The notes under the pieces were generated by a model, which saw nothing but the letters and a program-made list of their open reading frames with translations, was not told where the DNA came from and made no database searches. From NCBI GenBank assembly GCA_010356995.1, contig ML996688.1, positions 620,001 through 684,000 on the forward strand: DNA of 64,000 bases, given 5' to 3'. Below are positions 1 to 11,738 of this stretch, piece by piece. Origin of the DNA: Trichodelitschia bisporula. Taxonomy: Eukaryota. Within the stretch, counting starts at the first letter, position 1; every line of letters starts with the position of its first letter. The position numbers and the translations under genes are program-made.

Positions 1-1
1 G

Positions 2-403
2 CGGTTTGCCGATTATGGTCACGGGACCACTGGATCGTCCAATCCGAATTTGACCTCGACCACGTCCTCCATGGCTGGTCGGGAAGAGAGCCTGCTCGTT
101 AATGGTCTTGGAAACATGAGCATAGGCGGCGGCTTTGGTCAAGGCGGCAGTCCACGAAGCTTGCGTAGCGCCTGGGAGCGTGAAACTCCTGGCCCCATCG
201 GCGGCCATCGCTCCTTCAGCACTGCGACCTACGACGAGCAAAATCGGGAGCGGGGTCAGGGCCTTCCTTCCCGCCAGCCGCGCGGCCCTATTCCGGAACG
301 GGGAACCGGTTTCACGAGCCGTGCGAGGCAGAATGGCGGCCACAGCGGTCGCGGAAGCGACGAAATCTCATCTCAATCAGGAGTCGAAATCTGTGTCGAG
401 TAG
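2..403 (+). CDS. 3' end of a gene truncated by the window edge; low-complexity C-terminus, tentatively a Cip2/Pin4-like RNA-binding protein
   Basis: Open frame from position 2 to TAG at 401-403. The motifs 'PGPIGGHR', 'RQPRGP' and 'RGSDE' resemble, from memory, tails of fungal RRM/R3H Cip2/Pin4-type proteins. No folded domain is visible, so the product is uncertain. Confidence 0.55.
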   Translation, partial: RFADYGHGTTGSSNPNLTSTTSSMAGREESLLVNGLGNMSIGGGFGQGGSPRSLRSAWERETPGPIGGHRSFSTATYDEQNRERGQGLPSRQPRGPIPERGTGFTSRARQNGGHSGRGSDEISSQSGVEICVE

Positions 404-1714
404 AACTAGCCACCACCCCACCTTGGAGAGGGCTGGCAGGAAACGAATACACGAGCGGTCCGTTCGGACATCGGATGCCCCTCATGACGAATACGAAGAA
501 TGATGCCACGACAGTAGAGGTTCTGCGTGGGTGAGCGCTCGCGCTCGCCCCCCCACCATCGCATATCTGATCTGGGTATATCACACAAAAGCATTTGACG
601 GGGAATGGGATAGCGTTGGTGGTTTTATCTCTTTGTTAATGACTTGCATTGTATTACTGGAACTTTGTTTTCTCATTTAAGCTTCGAAGCTGGCTTTTCG
701 AGTACCCTTTGTTCTTTGCTCAGCTTCTCGGCCAACCATGACCAGCATACCTGCGACATCAACTTTATGACCCCACGATGAGATGCCTGCACGAAGGAGC
801 GATATCGATATGAATCAGCTACGCTTCACGAAGACGACCAGTGGGCAACCACACCCTCAACCCAACACCTACGCCCGTCACGAATCGAGTCCGCCGACAA
901 CTTTTGTGTCATTGCTCATACAGGCATCACTTGTTCATCACATGGTCAAACTCTCACCTGGACGGAGTTTGGCTTTCCTCTGCTTAGGCTGGCGTCCCTG
1001 TTTTGCATGAGGTATTATCATTGTATCCTCTTCACTCTCCATTCATTTCGCAGCCAGTACGCTCCTCATGTTCCGAGCAGCCCTATGTTTGGATTTGGGA
1101 AGGTTTGTTGACGGAGGAGAAACGGGGCTATTTCTATTCGATTATGATTTGGATGCACCTACGCATCAAACCAGTTGTAATTCCACCCTTCTGACCTCCA
1201 GGGATGTGCGATTTTGCGCTCGGTCTGTTCGTTATCAATTCGCAGCGATCGTTGTTAGCTAGTAGGAGATTATAATACTCATTGCCGTCGGTTTCGCGGG
1301 TGCATGTTCTCCACCTGGACGTGAAGCACGGGGGTTTGACTTGGTTGCGCGCATTCAAAGGGATATTTGTTTGATACAACATCCCATAACCGTGATCCGC
1401 CCCCACCCCGAGTCCACCCGAAAACACCGAATCCCCGAAATGGCAAACGCAAAACATCAGAGTAAACCATGGACCATCGCGAGCACTTGCCTATCCATCC
1501 TCAGCACGTTTCTCGAGAAAGAAAAACCCAACCCCGCAAAGCGTCCAACCCTGTCCACTATGCCCCCCCCCCCCCCCAGATAAACCCCGTGAACATGAAC
1601 CTCGAACACGTAACACAACATCGCAACGCACATAGCCGAGCCCGAGCAACAAAACCTCTGCAGTCACAGGGATTCCAATATTTAACAGAGAACCGTGGCA
1701 GGCCTCCCTGTCGC

Positions 1715-2360
1715 TCAAGTCTCCAGCGTCTTCTTGCCCTTCTTTTCGACCTTGAGCAGCAGCGCGCGGTTGATGTGGGGCAGGACACCACCGAAGGCGA
1801 TGGTTGCACGGATGAGCGTGTCCAGTTCCTCATCGCCGCGAATGGCGAGCTGCAGGTGGCGGGGAGTGATGCGCTTGACCTTCAAATCCTTGGCTGCGTT
1901 GCCGGCCAGCTCGAGAACTTCTGCGGTGAGGTATTCGAGGACGGCGGTGAGGTAGATGGCTGCCTTGGCCCCAATGCGAGTCTTCTGACGCGTTATGTTG
2001 CGCAGATGGCGCTTGATGCGACCGCAGGGGAACTATGCGCAATTACCTGTCAGTCCAGGAACATCTTATCATTTCGCGCATGACGCGTCAGAAGGCGTAA
2101 AAGGTGCGTGAAATGATATGAAGTCGGAGTTGGGTAAACATGTCGTGAAGCTTGTGAACGATTAGACGATAAAGGTACGTACCTGGAGGCCTGCCTTCGC
2201 CGAATGCGACTTGGGAACCTTCTGGGACGCATCCCCTTTACCGCCGGTCTTGCCGCCGGTCTTGCCTGGTTTTTGTAGAAGCATCAGTAAAGCCAGAGGA
2301 CACTTTCGGATGTTTTGCGACAACGCCAGAGGGGGTGTGCGCACCTTTTCCGCCCGGCAT
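1715..2360 (-). CDS. HTZ1: Histone H2A.Z variant (3 exons: 2360-2345, 2265-2183, 2032-1715)
   Basis: Spliced translation MPGGKGKTGGK...[20 protein letters not shown]...[59 protein letters not shown] carries the H2A.Z-diagnostic sequence; GT-AG introns. Missed by the ORF track. Confidence 0.97.
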
Positions 2361-5300
2361 GTTTGTTATTGCTCGATATGCAGAACAAGTTGAGGGTGCT
2401 GAAGGATGCTGATATGAATGGCGACCAGAGACTTGCTTCTCGAACGGCTACGCGACGGTTTTGCGGGGGGTAAGCGATGGCGGGGCGGTGTGGTACTGGT
2501 GGTGACGTGATGTTGTGAGAGTCGCGTCGGCCACTTGATGTTGTTGGATTCTTCTCGGATCGCCAAGGCGTGAGGGCTTGGCACCTCAGAAATGCAAGAG
2601 TCATGGAGGGTGGTAGGCACGTGATATTGCTTTGAACTCGGATACTCGACACGCCAATCTGGAGGATTTCGGTGTGGTCCCTTCGTCTGATCTGCTGCGG
2701 CAGGCGAATGGAGTGTGCTGGTTTACGAACCATAACTTCGAAACCGGGATCGGTAGGCCGACACGTCAAGCGGTCAACATTTCCTCCGTCTCATGTCCTC
2801 CATACTGTTGACGAAGGTAATATCTGGTTCTTGAAGTCAGCAATGCTCAGATGAGATGATAAAGAGAGCTACTGTAGAGACACTGAATGGGCGTTTAAGG
2901 CGAGTGTATCAACTTCTGCAGCGTATCGTCCGCAGACCGGAGATGGGGACGCTACGAGCCAAACTGGAATATGGGACCTCTCAACCAACCTCTGCAGCAT
3001 GGTAATAGCACCCGTTCCCACAGACTTCATTGCTATACAATGTGCCCATATGAAAATAGTTCGAGGTTGACAGAGTTCTGGTGCTCTCCAAAGCTTGTTT
3101 GTAAGAGAATGCCAAGCTGCGGGTCAGGCGGCACACTCACCGGCCAACGGGAAGTGAGCTTCCCGATGTCGAGCTTCATCGACTTTCGGCCCGAAAGAAC
3201 TTCAACTTTCCGAGCACGGGCCACAACGTAAACGATATGTCGAAGCGTAGAGCGTGGAGTTGATAGAGCTATATTTACGGCTGTAATGAGAACCGATGGA
3301 TCATACTCTTCCACAAATCACCAAAATAAGCCCCTTGCTCTCAAGCCGACTCCGCCGGAACACGTTGGGCGGGACAATTGTGAATCTTGATACTAAAGTT
3401 AAGTCTCTAAACTATTTAGCCATGCTTGTATAAGAACTCCCACTTATGCAGACCCTATTCGCCGCAGTCACCACCCAACCCCATACGCGCCCCAGAGGCA
3501 CGCCGATATGCCTAAGTTCAGAGGGAGAGACAGAGCACCGCAACGAAACCATTCAAATGAAGCCATGGTTCGTTAGAGTGTATTTACGTCCTCCCAGGTC
3601 TAGTGCCCGCATGTCTAGGTCGCTGAGTGCTTCCTTGGCCTCGGTAATGTAGCCTTGTGAAGGATCGCGCACTGACGACAAGAAATGCAATGTTAGAAAA
3701 AGCTGCGGCCCTGTTCTTTTCTAAGCCTGCAGTATACACTGGTCCTTTTTTATACGGATGCACGTATTGCAGCACTGCGGCTACCGGTGATGAGTTGGAG
3801 CAAGTGAAACCGAGAGGCCGGAGGGACGCACTCGAGCTCATGACTAACGACTGATCAGGCCGAACCGGTGGCTTCTGGGGTTACGCTGGGGTTGACGAAT
3901 GCGGCTCGGTGGATAGCAACCGGAGAATAAGAGTTGATCAGAACTCTGAAGGGTTGGACGCATCGGGCTTCACTCTTGGTGGTCTATGCCCCTCTGATTT
4001 TGGCACATGTCCCGTCCAGGCTAACGAGGCTTGCGATTTTCTGTTACCGACCTTCTTTTACTGCAGCTTGCTCGACAAACGCGCGTGGTCATCCGCGGAC
4101 CTAGTGCAATTCCTCCCCTCTCCAGTTGAAGTCGTGGGAGACGCTCAGTATATGTCGCTAACGGAGGCTTCAGCTAGCCATCCGGTGCCGGCAGCAGATA
4201 TCTGAGACCCTTCCAAGGCAAAACAGAAACCATTTAATAAGGATTAAGAGTTAAGGTGTCTGCCGGTCCCCTGTTCATGGCTTCGGGAATGGGTAACTTG
4301 ATATGTGTTCATTCGGGGCCTACAGTGCTCTCTGATTCACACAACTCGAATTGCAAATCTCGGGTTCCACCTGCAAACGCTCGGGTCTAATTTCACGGTA
4401 TGGCGAGCAAGCCGTGGGAGGAAACCCGCCGACTGAGGGTTTTAGCTCTGGGAGGGGTATGCCGGGGCGGCCAGAGGAAGAGAGCAAGCAACGAATGAGC
4501 AAAACATTAAGATGCTATAGCTATTAAGGCCGCATGACGACTTACAGATGGGTTTTCCAAATCCACCCGTGAAACATATCCTTAGAAAGCCACTGTGCCC
4601 TGCTCAGGCATCTGCCGGACTGCTAACTTTGAAAGCAAGGCACCGACTAGGCTTATTAGCGAGGCCCCCAACCAGCACTTAGAGCGTTGGTCGACTGACT
4701 GCCGCTTGCCTTGCCGAGAAATAGTGTGAAGCATTCAAAAACTCTAAACCTCCCTGCCAGGCTGTGCAATTATACACAATCACGAAGTTGGCAAGCCCCA
4801 CAGCATAGCTCCGGGCTTAGGGCAGAAGTTTAAACTACGATCGATCCGATTTCGCCATCACAATTGGCCACTATACTCCGATCTCAAGGCCAGGTTGATC
4901 CGCCCGCCCGCTCTCATATGGCAGGCTAATTGCGAGCCAGCTGACTCTCTGTAAGGAGACCGCATCGAACCAGTACTTCCAGAATATGAATCCGTAGAGT
5001 TGTAGTTAGAACACTATCCGACGGGGCAACATTAAGCGTAGGCAGCTGACAGGCAAGGTACGCGCAAGCGGTACGTGAAGTGAGACAAATGAACCCTTAC
5101 GATGCGTATGGCAAATTCTCCGATGTCCGACAACTTGTTTGCGAGCTGGATTGTACAGCCGGAGCCTGCGATAAAGCGCTGACAAGCGATGACCAGATGA
5201 ATGCTCGTAGATCGGGCCTCCCTTAGCGATGTCAATGCTTGCCGAATCCTAATTCTGGAAGCCTGCATCGGACCAACCTACCTTGCCAATGTCGAATCCA

Positions 5301-5807
5301 TCGGTCATTTCAGATGCCCCAAAACTGGTCCAAATAGAATATAAGGATCGGAGATAAGTGCCGGTTCCCTATGCAACGCATTGCGAGCGTACACCCAAAA
5401 CATGGTGGAGGAAGTTGGGAGGACAAGGCTGCACACCCTCGCCAATTGCAACGCGCAGGGATCAACGGCAACGGTGTTGTGTCACATATACACATTACAA
5501 GCAAGATACCCGCAAAAAATGCGGGGGATCGCCCCTACTCGCAAGTGGGGACGCCTTGGTGAAGTCAAGTCTTGCGCCGATCGCATCTCTGAAAACATCT
5601 GACTTCGGCTGCATCACCGCTTGGGGCCAAGATAGCGAGCAAGGCTGCTGTTGCGTTAGCAGGAGGTTACATGAGAGAAGCTCAAGGGAAGGTGGAGGCG
5701 AACGTATAAGTCGTGACCCCTCCTGAATCCCGCCATGGCTCTTTGTTCGACAGCTCGCACCACCTTAACCCTCGTTCCAGAATTGTCTCGAGACAGCTGA
5801 AGACGCC

Positions 5808-6062
5808 ATGTGGACCCCGTACATCCTCCTCCTATTCGCGGCAACCGCATTCGCGCAAAAGAGCTGTCAACCAAACTCGTTGGAGAAGGTTCACCTCGGA
5901 CATGGCCACGACATCAACACTGGCGACCTCTACCAGGGGGGACGGGTAGTCCACGCGGGCCTGAAGCTTCCCGGTGGATCTGGATGCTTGCCGGATTGGG
6001 AGAAGGACGGGCCCAAGACCGCGCCAAAGAGCTCCTCCAAGGGCCCGGCCGGACCGAGCTAG
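5808..6062 (+). CDS. Small secreted protein (84 aa, 2 Cys)
   Basis: GACGCC-ATG start context; signal peptide MWTPYILLLFAATAFA/Q with an A-x-A cleavage site; single exon. Confidence 0.6.
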   Translation: MWTPYILLLFAATAFAQKSCQPNSLEKVHLGHGHDINTGDLYQGGRVVHAGLKLPGGSGCLPDWEKDGPKTAPKSSSKGPAGPS

Positions 6063-8552
6063 GGTGGCTTGCCGTTGAGACCACCGTAAGTGTCACCGTG
6101 AACAAGCACCGAATGGTCTGACGATTGCAGAACGGCCTGCAGCCCTAAGGGAGCGAAGCCGAATGGGGTAAAAATGTGGCTGGAAAGCTCTATGTGGAAG
6201 GCTTGTGGCGCAGGCTGTGTTCCGGTAGTTGCGGGGCATCTACGGCTGCCCCTGTACATACCTTCATTTCTTGTTCATAGGTCTAAACGAACTTGAAGTG
6301 TTGAGGAACATTGCGAGCTGGATTGTCTCATAGTGTGCTGCATGTACCAACGTAGCTTCGCGTCTTGACTCCAAAGAAGCTAAAGGCCTGGCCAATGGTT
6401 GTACTCCGTACGTCGATGTACCAGCTTTCAGCCCAACGACCTCCATTGCCTTCCGACCAGTACGGGTAGGTGGAATGAGATGTGACTGCAGACAAGATAA
6501 GCTCGGAGCAACTGATGGCGAGAGTTCGAAGCGTACGGCTGTAGATATGTCCAGAGCAACGAGATATTACCATAGAATTCAAAGGTGCAACGACAAGAAG
6601 AGATGCAACGTCGTTGAGTTTCCCTTTCGCCGTGGTCCGTCTCCACACTACGGTAGTGGCTGGATGGGGGGTCGGCGAGCCCTATCGGCAGTGCTCGGCC
6701 ACAACCGCTTGGCGAATCAAAATACGTTAATTAAGCGAAAATAGGAGGGGAAATCGGAAGGGCAAAACGACGATTGGACGACGCTGTCGAATCAACAACA
6801 CATCCCGCCAGAAGTGAGGGGCACTAACCAGCCACGTGTGGCTGGAGCTTTCAGGTGGGCAGTTCTACGGTACTACCGTACATGCGGCTACTTTTAGGCC
6901 GAGTGCTAAAACTTTATCCCAGCAGCCACGCGTGCTTGTCCTAGCGTATAGTGTATGTCGTTCGTGGGTTCGCTGCGACTGTCAGGGCTTCTAGGGCCCA
7001 CACGGTAGCTGTCGAGAGTGGAGCTTGACTGCTGTGGCTGGCGTGGAACGGGCGGTGCTGTTAGTGATGCTATTGGGGACTGAGGCACAACGGGTGTCGT
7101 GAGAAATGATGTCTGCCTGGCAAAAGAAACTTACCACGCCCCACCCAAGCAAAGTCAGCCCTGCCCTTCCGCATGCGTGTGCAGTGCAGTGCAGCGCAGT
7201 GCAGCGCAGTACAGGACAAGTATGGTGTAGCAAAAACCTACACTCTGGCCGTTTTAGGTGACCGACATTGTTGCGATACCGCTGAGAGCTATTCGATTTG
7301 ATGATTTGTGTGCCTTGCCGTGATATGTATGGAGGCATGTATCTACGTCAGTGCAAATGACTGTGTGAATAAGGAGGTAAGCATGCAGAGAGTTAGGAAG
7401 AAATTGAAGGAAAGAGAGCAAGGGATTTCGAAGCAACCTTTGAGACTTCGACTTCTAGACCGAGCGACCTATAATCGAAATCGTCGGTTGCTGGCAGCAT
7501 TGTACACCTATTTGCCTGCTTGCTGCCGTAATCCGTTCGTGTGAGACGCATACACGACTACCAGGTACGACAAGCTTTCTCTCGTTCCATCGTGTTGCTG
7601 GTCTTTGTCCGACATCACACGCCGCCCAGCGGCACTTCACGGCTTCACACAGCCTTCAGCAATCCTTTGTCCGCTAAGAAAACCGTCAGATTCCTCCTGG
7701 CTCCTTCTTTCCGCAACTTACACTACCGTTTCTAGCGCTCAATGGCTTCTCCGAAGCAAGTAATCCCAATTTCTCATCCAAGCTGACTCTGCACGCTTTC
7801 CCCTCTTGTCCATCGCTTGTAGCCTTCAGCGGCCACATTTTGATGCTTGGCTGCGCCCCCCTGTCCGTTTCTATTCCAATGCGCAGCTCCAACAACCCCC
7901 AAGCAAACCCAGCCAAACTCCACCCCCCACCGGCAACAGCCAGCCTCGCACGCATAGCGGGTATGCGGAAGCATCCGGCAGCCGTTCTCGAGAGCTGCGA
8001 ATTCGACACCTTGCCGTGTGGGTATGAGTTTACGGATTACACCTTTCCCTTCTTCCTCAATCTTGCTTAGGCCGTATCAGGTGCGCCCTGATCCCCCCGC
8101 CCAACCTTAAACTTGTCAGCTCCATTGTGTGGCTCAGAGCATGCCTCTCTCTCGGCCCTGTATCCCCCCCCATCGCGCACTCCGAAAGTGACTCGTCAGA
8201 GCGTTATACGGATCTTGTCTTGACCTTTCGAGTGCTCCCTTGCGCTCTGGTAACTATAAAGTCCCCCGATGTCATGTCGTTGCCTTGTAAGCTACCGGTT
8301 CTCCCATCCCATCTTTCGTCATTCATTCGCCCTTTCCCTTCACCCATTGCGTGTTTCTTATGGTTTCCTTATTCCACTTGCCTACCTTTTGACTACTTTA
8401 ACCTCAAGTCCGCATACCTTCAATCCTCCTCTGCAAAAGGGTCTGGCGGAGCCTTCCCCCCCACGCTTCCATTCAATAAACTTTCGACGTCATTCCGAAG
8501 TCATACCTCACATCGGCCCAGCAACCCCCCCTCGGTCGCCTCTTACTTCACC

Positions 8553-8699
8553 ATGTGCATCCGGGTGATCGAAGTTTACGCCGTTTGTGGCTGCACCTAT
8601 CATGTTCATGGCGTCGACGCTTGTGCCGCATACGGACAGCACGCTGTGGCTGACAAAACAGTCCAAGTTGGCTATGCCTGCCCTCGGCACGCGAAATGA
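8553..8699 (+). CDS. 48-aa Cys/His-rich microprotein of unknown function
   Basis: TTCACC-ATG start context; MCIRVIEVYAVCGCTYHVHGVDACAAYGQHAVADKTVQVGYACPRHAK resembles a recurring Pezizomycotina small-protein pattern (MC..V.E.Y..C.C.Y..H..D.C...G.H.V..K.V.VGY.C..H). Confidence 0.75.
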   Translation: MCIRVIEVYAVCGCTYHVHGVDACAAYGQHAVADKTVQVGYACPRHAK

Positions 8700-9622
8700 G
8701 TTACGATATGGAAACTTCACGCTCTACGAATTCCCTTCCATCGACGATGTCTACGGTCTTCTTTACTCCCTGCGACCCGCTCACGACCCCTCCGTTCACG
8801 TCCTCACGCTCATCCTCTCGCCAAAATCACTTCTCTTCTTCTCAAGCGCTTTAAATCTCCTTGGTCCTCCGGCGCCTTCACATTGGGTCTTTCTTCGCTT
8901 GATACCCCCGCCAACCTCATGGCATTTTCGAGGCACGGCAGTCTTCGGCATCACAACCGCTCCATGACGTCTAGAAGCGAGCGCAATTAGTTCCTGCAGC
9001 GCTGGGCACGGCAGCAATGCCTTTTTTCGGTCCTTTCCCTTTGGTCCACTCTGTGTAGATGGGCGAAAAAAAACCTTTGTGATGGGTGTTGTTGGGAGCT
9101 TTGGTGTTTTCCTAATATCTTTGTCGGCTTTGGATCTCATTTGGTATGAGTATCACGGCTTTCTACACTCACATTTTTGGTAGAGTGTGCTTTGCGCGGT
9201 ATGATATGGGACATGTTGCTGCGCGACAACCCTTGAAGGCAGAATGAATCGTAATTCTTGGCAAATACTCCTCCCTTGGGACTCAGTGTCGGGGAATATG
9301 ATGTTCTGCGCAATCTCACATAATTCCTTCTTGCACTGTCCGATGTGCGAGCGAGTGTCAAGCCCGATCGCGCCACCTAAGCCACAGAAAATGATGCAAG
9401 CAGCTTATATATAGCACAAGGCTGAACGGCAACCTCCACAGCCATGCCGGACGACGCCGAGGGTTGCCAACACCGGCCCTGCCACACAACTGAACTCCCG
9501 AAGCCCGAATCCCGAAGGCCGTATACCGAACTCCATGTAACAACCTTAAGGATACACTCAGAGGCCCACACCATAACCACACAGCAAAAAGAAAAGCCAA
9601 GGGTCAGCGGTGCTGCTCTCAG

Positions 9623-10888
9623 CTAGAACCATCGGCGAGCCAAAAGATCGGGATCCGTGCTGGCTGGGTGCACAACGGGGCCATGGCCTCTTTCGGCGTG
9701 ACGTTTGTGCCGGTATATCGCCTCGTAAGATTTGGCTTCGCTGTCGGTTGCACTTCCGCTGGGATATCCGTTGCTGGGGTCTTCGCTCCAGGTGGTTGAA
9801 GAGCTCCGACAGGGATCAGTATCGATAACCGGAGTGTCGCTTGCCTCAGCGACATCGGAAATCCCGCCGGGCGGTACAATATGTTTTCTCAAGACGTCGA
9901 TAACCTCCGTATCACGGCTGGCCCGTCTCTGTTTTTCCCACGCTTCAAATTCCTCCCACCACCATTTGCGGGTGGAGTTGTCACCGTCGTCTGGATTGGC
10001 GTCATCTTTTGATTGAGGTTCAGCACTCCACGGGTTGTCGTTTAGATAGTGAATACAGATGACCGCCTTGTCCTCCCACAGATCCGAGTGGTGGATCCGC
10101 ATTGTCGACTGTGCACTATACTGCCAGCCCACATGAACCCACTTACCATGAAAGAAGTCGTTCAAGAATTGGTGCACGCTCTGCACCTCATGATCCGTCA
10201 AATATGACAGCATCTGATCGTAAGTTGTGGAACTCCGCCGCAAAACGAACATGCCGGTGTTGAAGGTCTGCGGAGCGGACTTGCCAGTGAAGAACGTCTT
10301 CGCAGATGTCCGAGGGTCGGTCAACCCATGTGGTTGCCTAAGGTAATGATACGGGCAGTTCTCCGGCTTCGAGTTGATGGGAGAGGGTGCACCGCCGTAG
10401 TCGAGAGCGGAGCAACAGCACATGTAGTTCGCCACCACCGAGGCACCGAGAGAACAGGGCTTAAGATCGAAGACCTCGTCCATCCCTGTGTTGCAGATGA
10501 GCATATCGCAGTCTAGCCAGCATACCATCTCGAAGGACGACAGAAGTGGCGAGAAGGCGCGTAGCTTGGGGGGAACGGTGCCTTTTGGCGTGTCGCTTGT
10601 GCTGCCACGTTTGCACAGAGCATTCAGTGTCTCCGGAGTGCTGACTGGAGTGAGAACGAGGTTTGACTGGGGCGATTCAAGCTCGAGGGCTTTCAATTCA
10701 GGTGCCGGAAGGTCCCTGGGATGCAGAATGACAAATGGGTGTTGGGCTTTGTATCGCCGGAGGGAAAATGCAAGGATAATGGCCCCGGGTATTTCTGAAG
10801 GCTTTGATATGAAGGTCGCATACGCATAGCCCTCGTCCATCTTGTCCTCATCTTCAGACACATCGGGGGAATGCTGCTTTTCAGCCAT
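9623..10888 (-). CDS. Glycosyltransferase family 8 (glycogenin/galactinol synthase-like), divergent, intronless
   Basis: N-terminal AYAT strand, 'KLRAF', DxD motif 'WLDCDML', 'FNTGMFV', 'IHYLNDNPW' and a C-terminal WWW motif. Confidence 0.85.
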   Translation of the reverse strand: MAEKQHSPDVSEDEDKMDEGYAYATFISKPSEIPGAIILAFSLRRYKAQHPFVILHPRDLPAPELKALELESPQSNLVLTPVSTPETLNALCKRGSTSDTPKGTVPPKLRAFSPLLSSFEMVCWLDCDMLICNTGMDEVFDLKPCSLGASVVANYMCCCSALDYGGAPSPINSKPENCPYHYLRQPHGLTDPRTSAKTFFTGKSAPQTFNTGMFVLRRSSTTYDQMLSYLTDHEVQSVHQFLNDFFHGKWVHVGWQYSAQSTMRIHHSDLWEDKAVICIHYLNDNPWSAEPQSKDDANPDDGDNSTRKWWWEEFEAWEKQRRASRDTEVIDVLRKHIVPPGGISDVAEASDTPVIDTDPCRSSSTTWSEDPSNGYPSGSATDSEAKSYEAIYRHKRHAERGHGPVVHPASTDPDLLARRWF

Positions 10889-11738
10889 GTCGTCAACTGT
10901 CTTTACGTCATTCTTTTTCTGACTACACTGTCAAAGTCTGGAACCAGATACACCGGTACATACCTGGTTCATGCCAATGCACCGAGTTCCGGAGGGGGCG
11001 AAACCCGAACCAGGTGATACTTTGGTGCGCTAAGAGGTGTAGCAACCTGAGTTCAAGTTCACGAAGGGGGTGTCCGGTATCTGCGATCTGGCGACTGACA
11101 GCTTCCCGAGTGGGATTTAGGGGCCTCTCCACTGATCTGAATGTCGACCTGACCTCCCTCGCAGTGATATCACCGAGGGCTGTTGCTGGAACGACGTTAG
11201 AATAAAATGTGGAGATCAAAGTTGCGATGTGGTCATGCCGGTGTCGATCGTCGATGACAGGCCTCTAGAACTAAGAGAGAAGTTGATGGGCGGACCGGCC
11301 CCTCCCGATGAAGTAATGGGATCGCTCCCGCAGATCAATCAAATCCCAAAAAATCCCCGCTCACCCAGTACTCACCCAGGTTCTGGTTGGTTTAGGAGCT
11401 ACCCTTAGCCTGAAAGCAAGAAAACCGGCGGGTTGCAGTTCGGACAACATGGATTTCAATTGGGGTATGCAGAATACTGTGGTACCTGCAGCCCCGCGTA
11501 TGATGACAGACTGGCTATCGTGAGTCGTGATGGTTCATCCTATCCCCGCAGTGGTAGTTCATCGGCCGTCTTATTGTACCTTTGATCGGCAGCGCCGAGC
11601 ATCGCCAATTAGTTTGCCAGCCAGCGGCCACTCCATCTATACATTCTCGCCTCTAGTACACGCAAGAAAGTACTTTCCCGGACCCGCTGCGTCCCAAGCA
11701 CTTGGTAATATTGCACAAACAGAAACTTAACCAGAATC

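Noticed and set aside
1469..2083. 204-aa plus-strand ORF
   Set aside because: Antisense shadow of the H2A.Z coding exon.
2400..5700. Possible transposon in the gene-poor stretch
   Set aside because: No transposase, reverse transcriptase or integrase motifs, LTRs or TIRs were recognisable by eye.
8127..8552. Upstream extension of the 190-aa ORF ending at 8699
   Set aside because: Non-ATG start and pyrimidine-rich UTR-like composition; only the last 48 codons look like protein.
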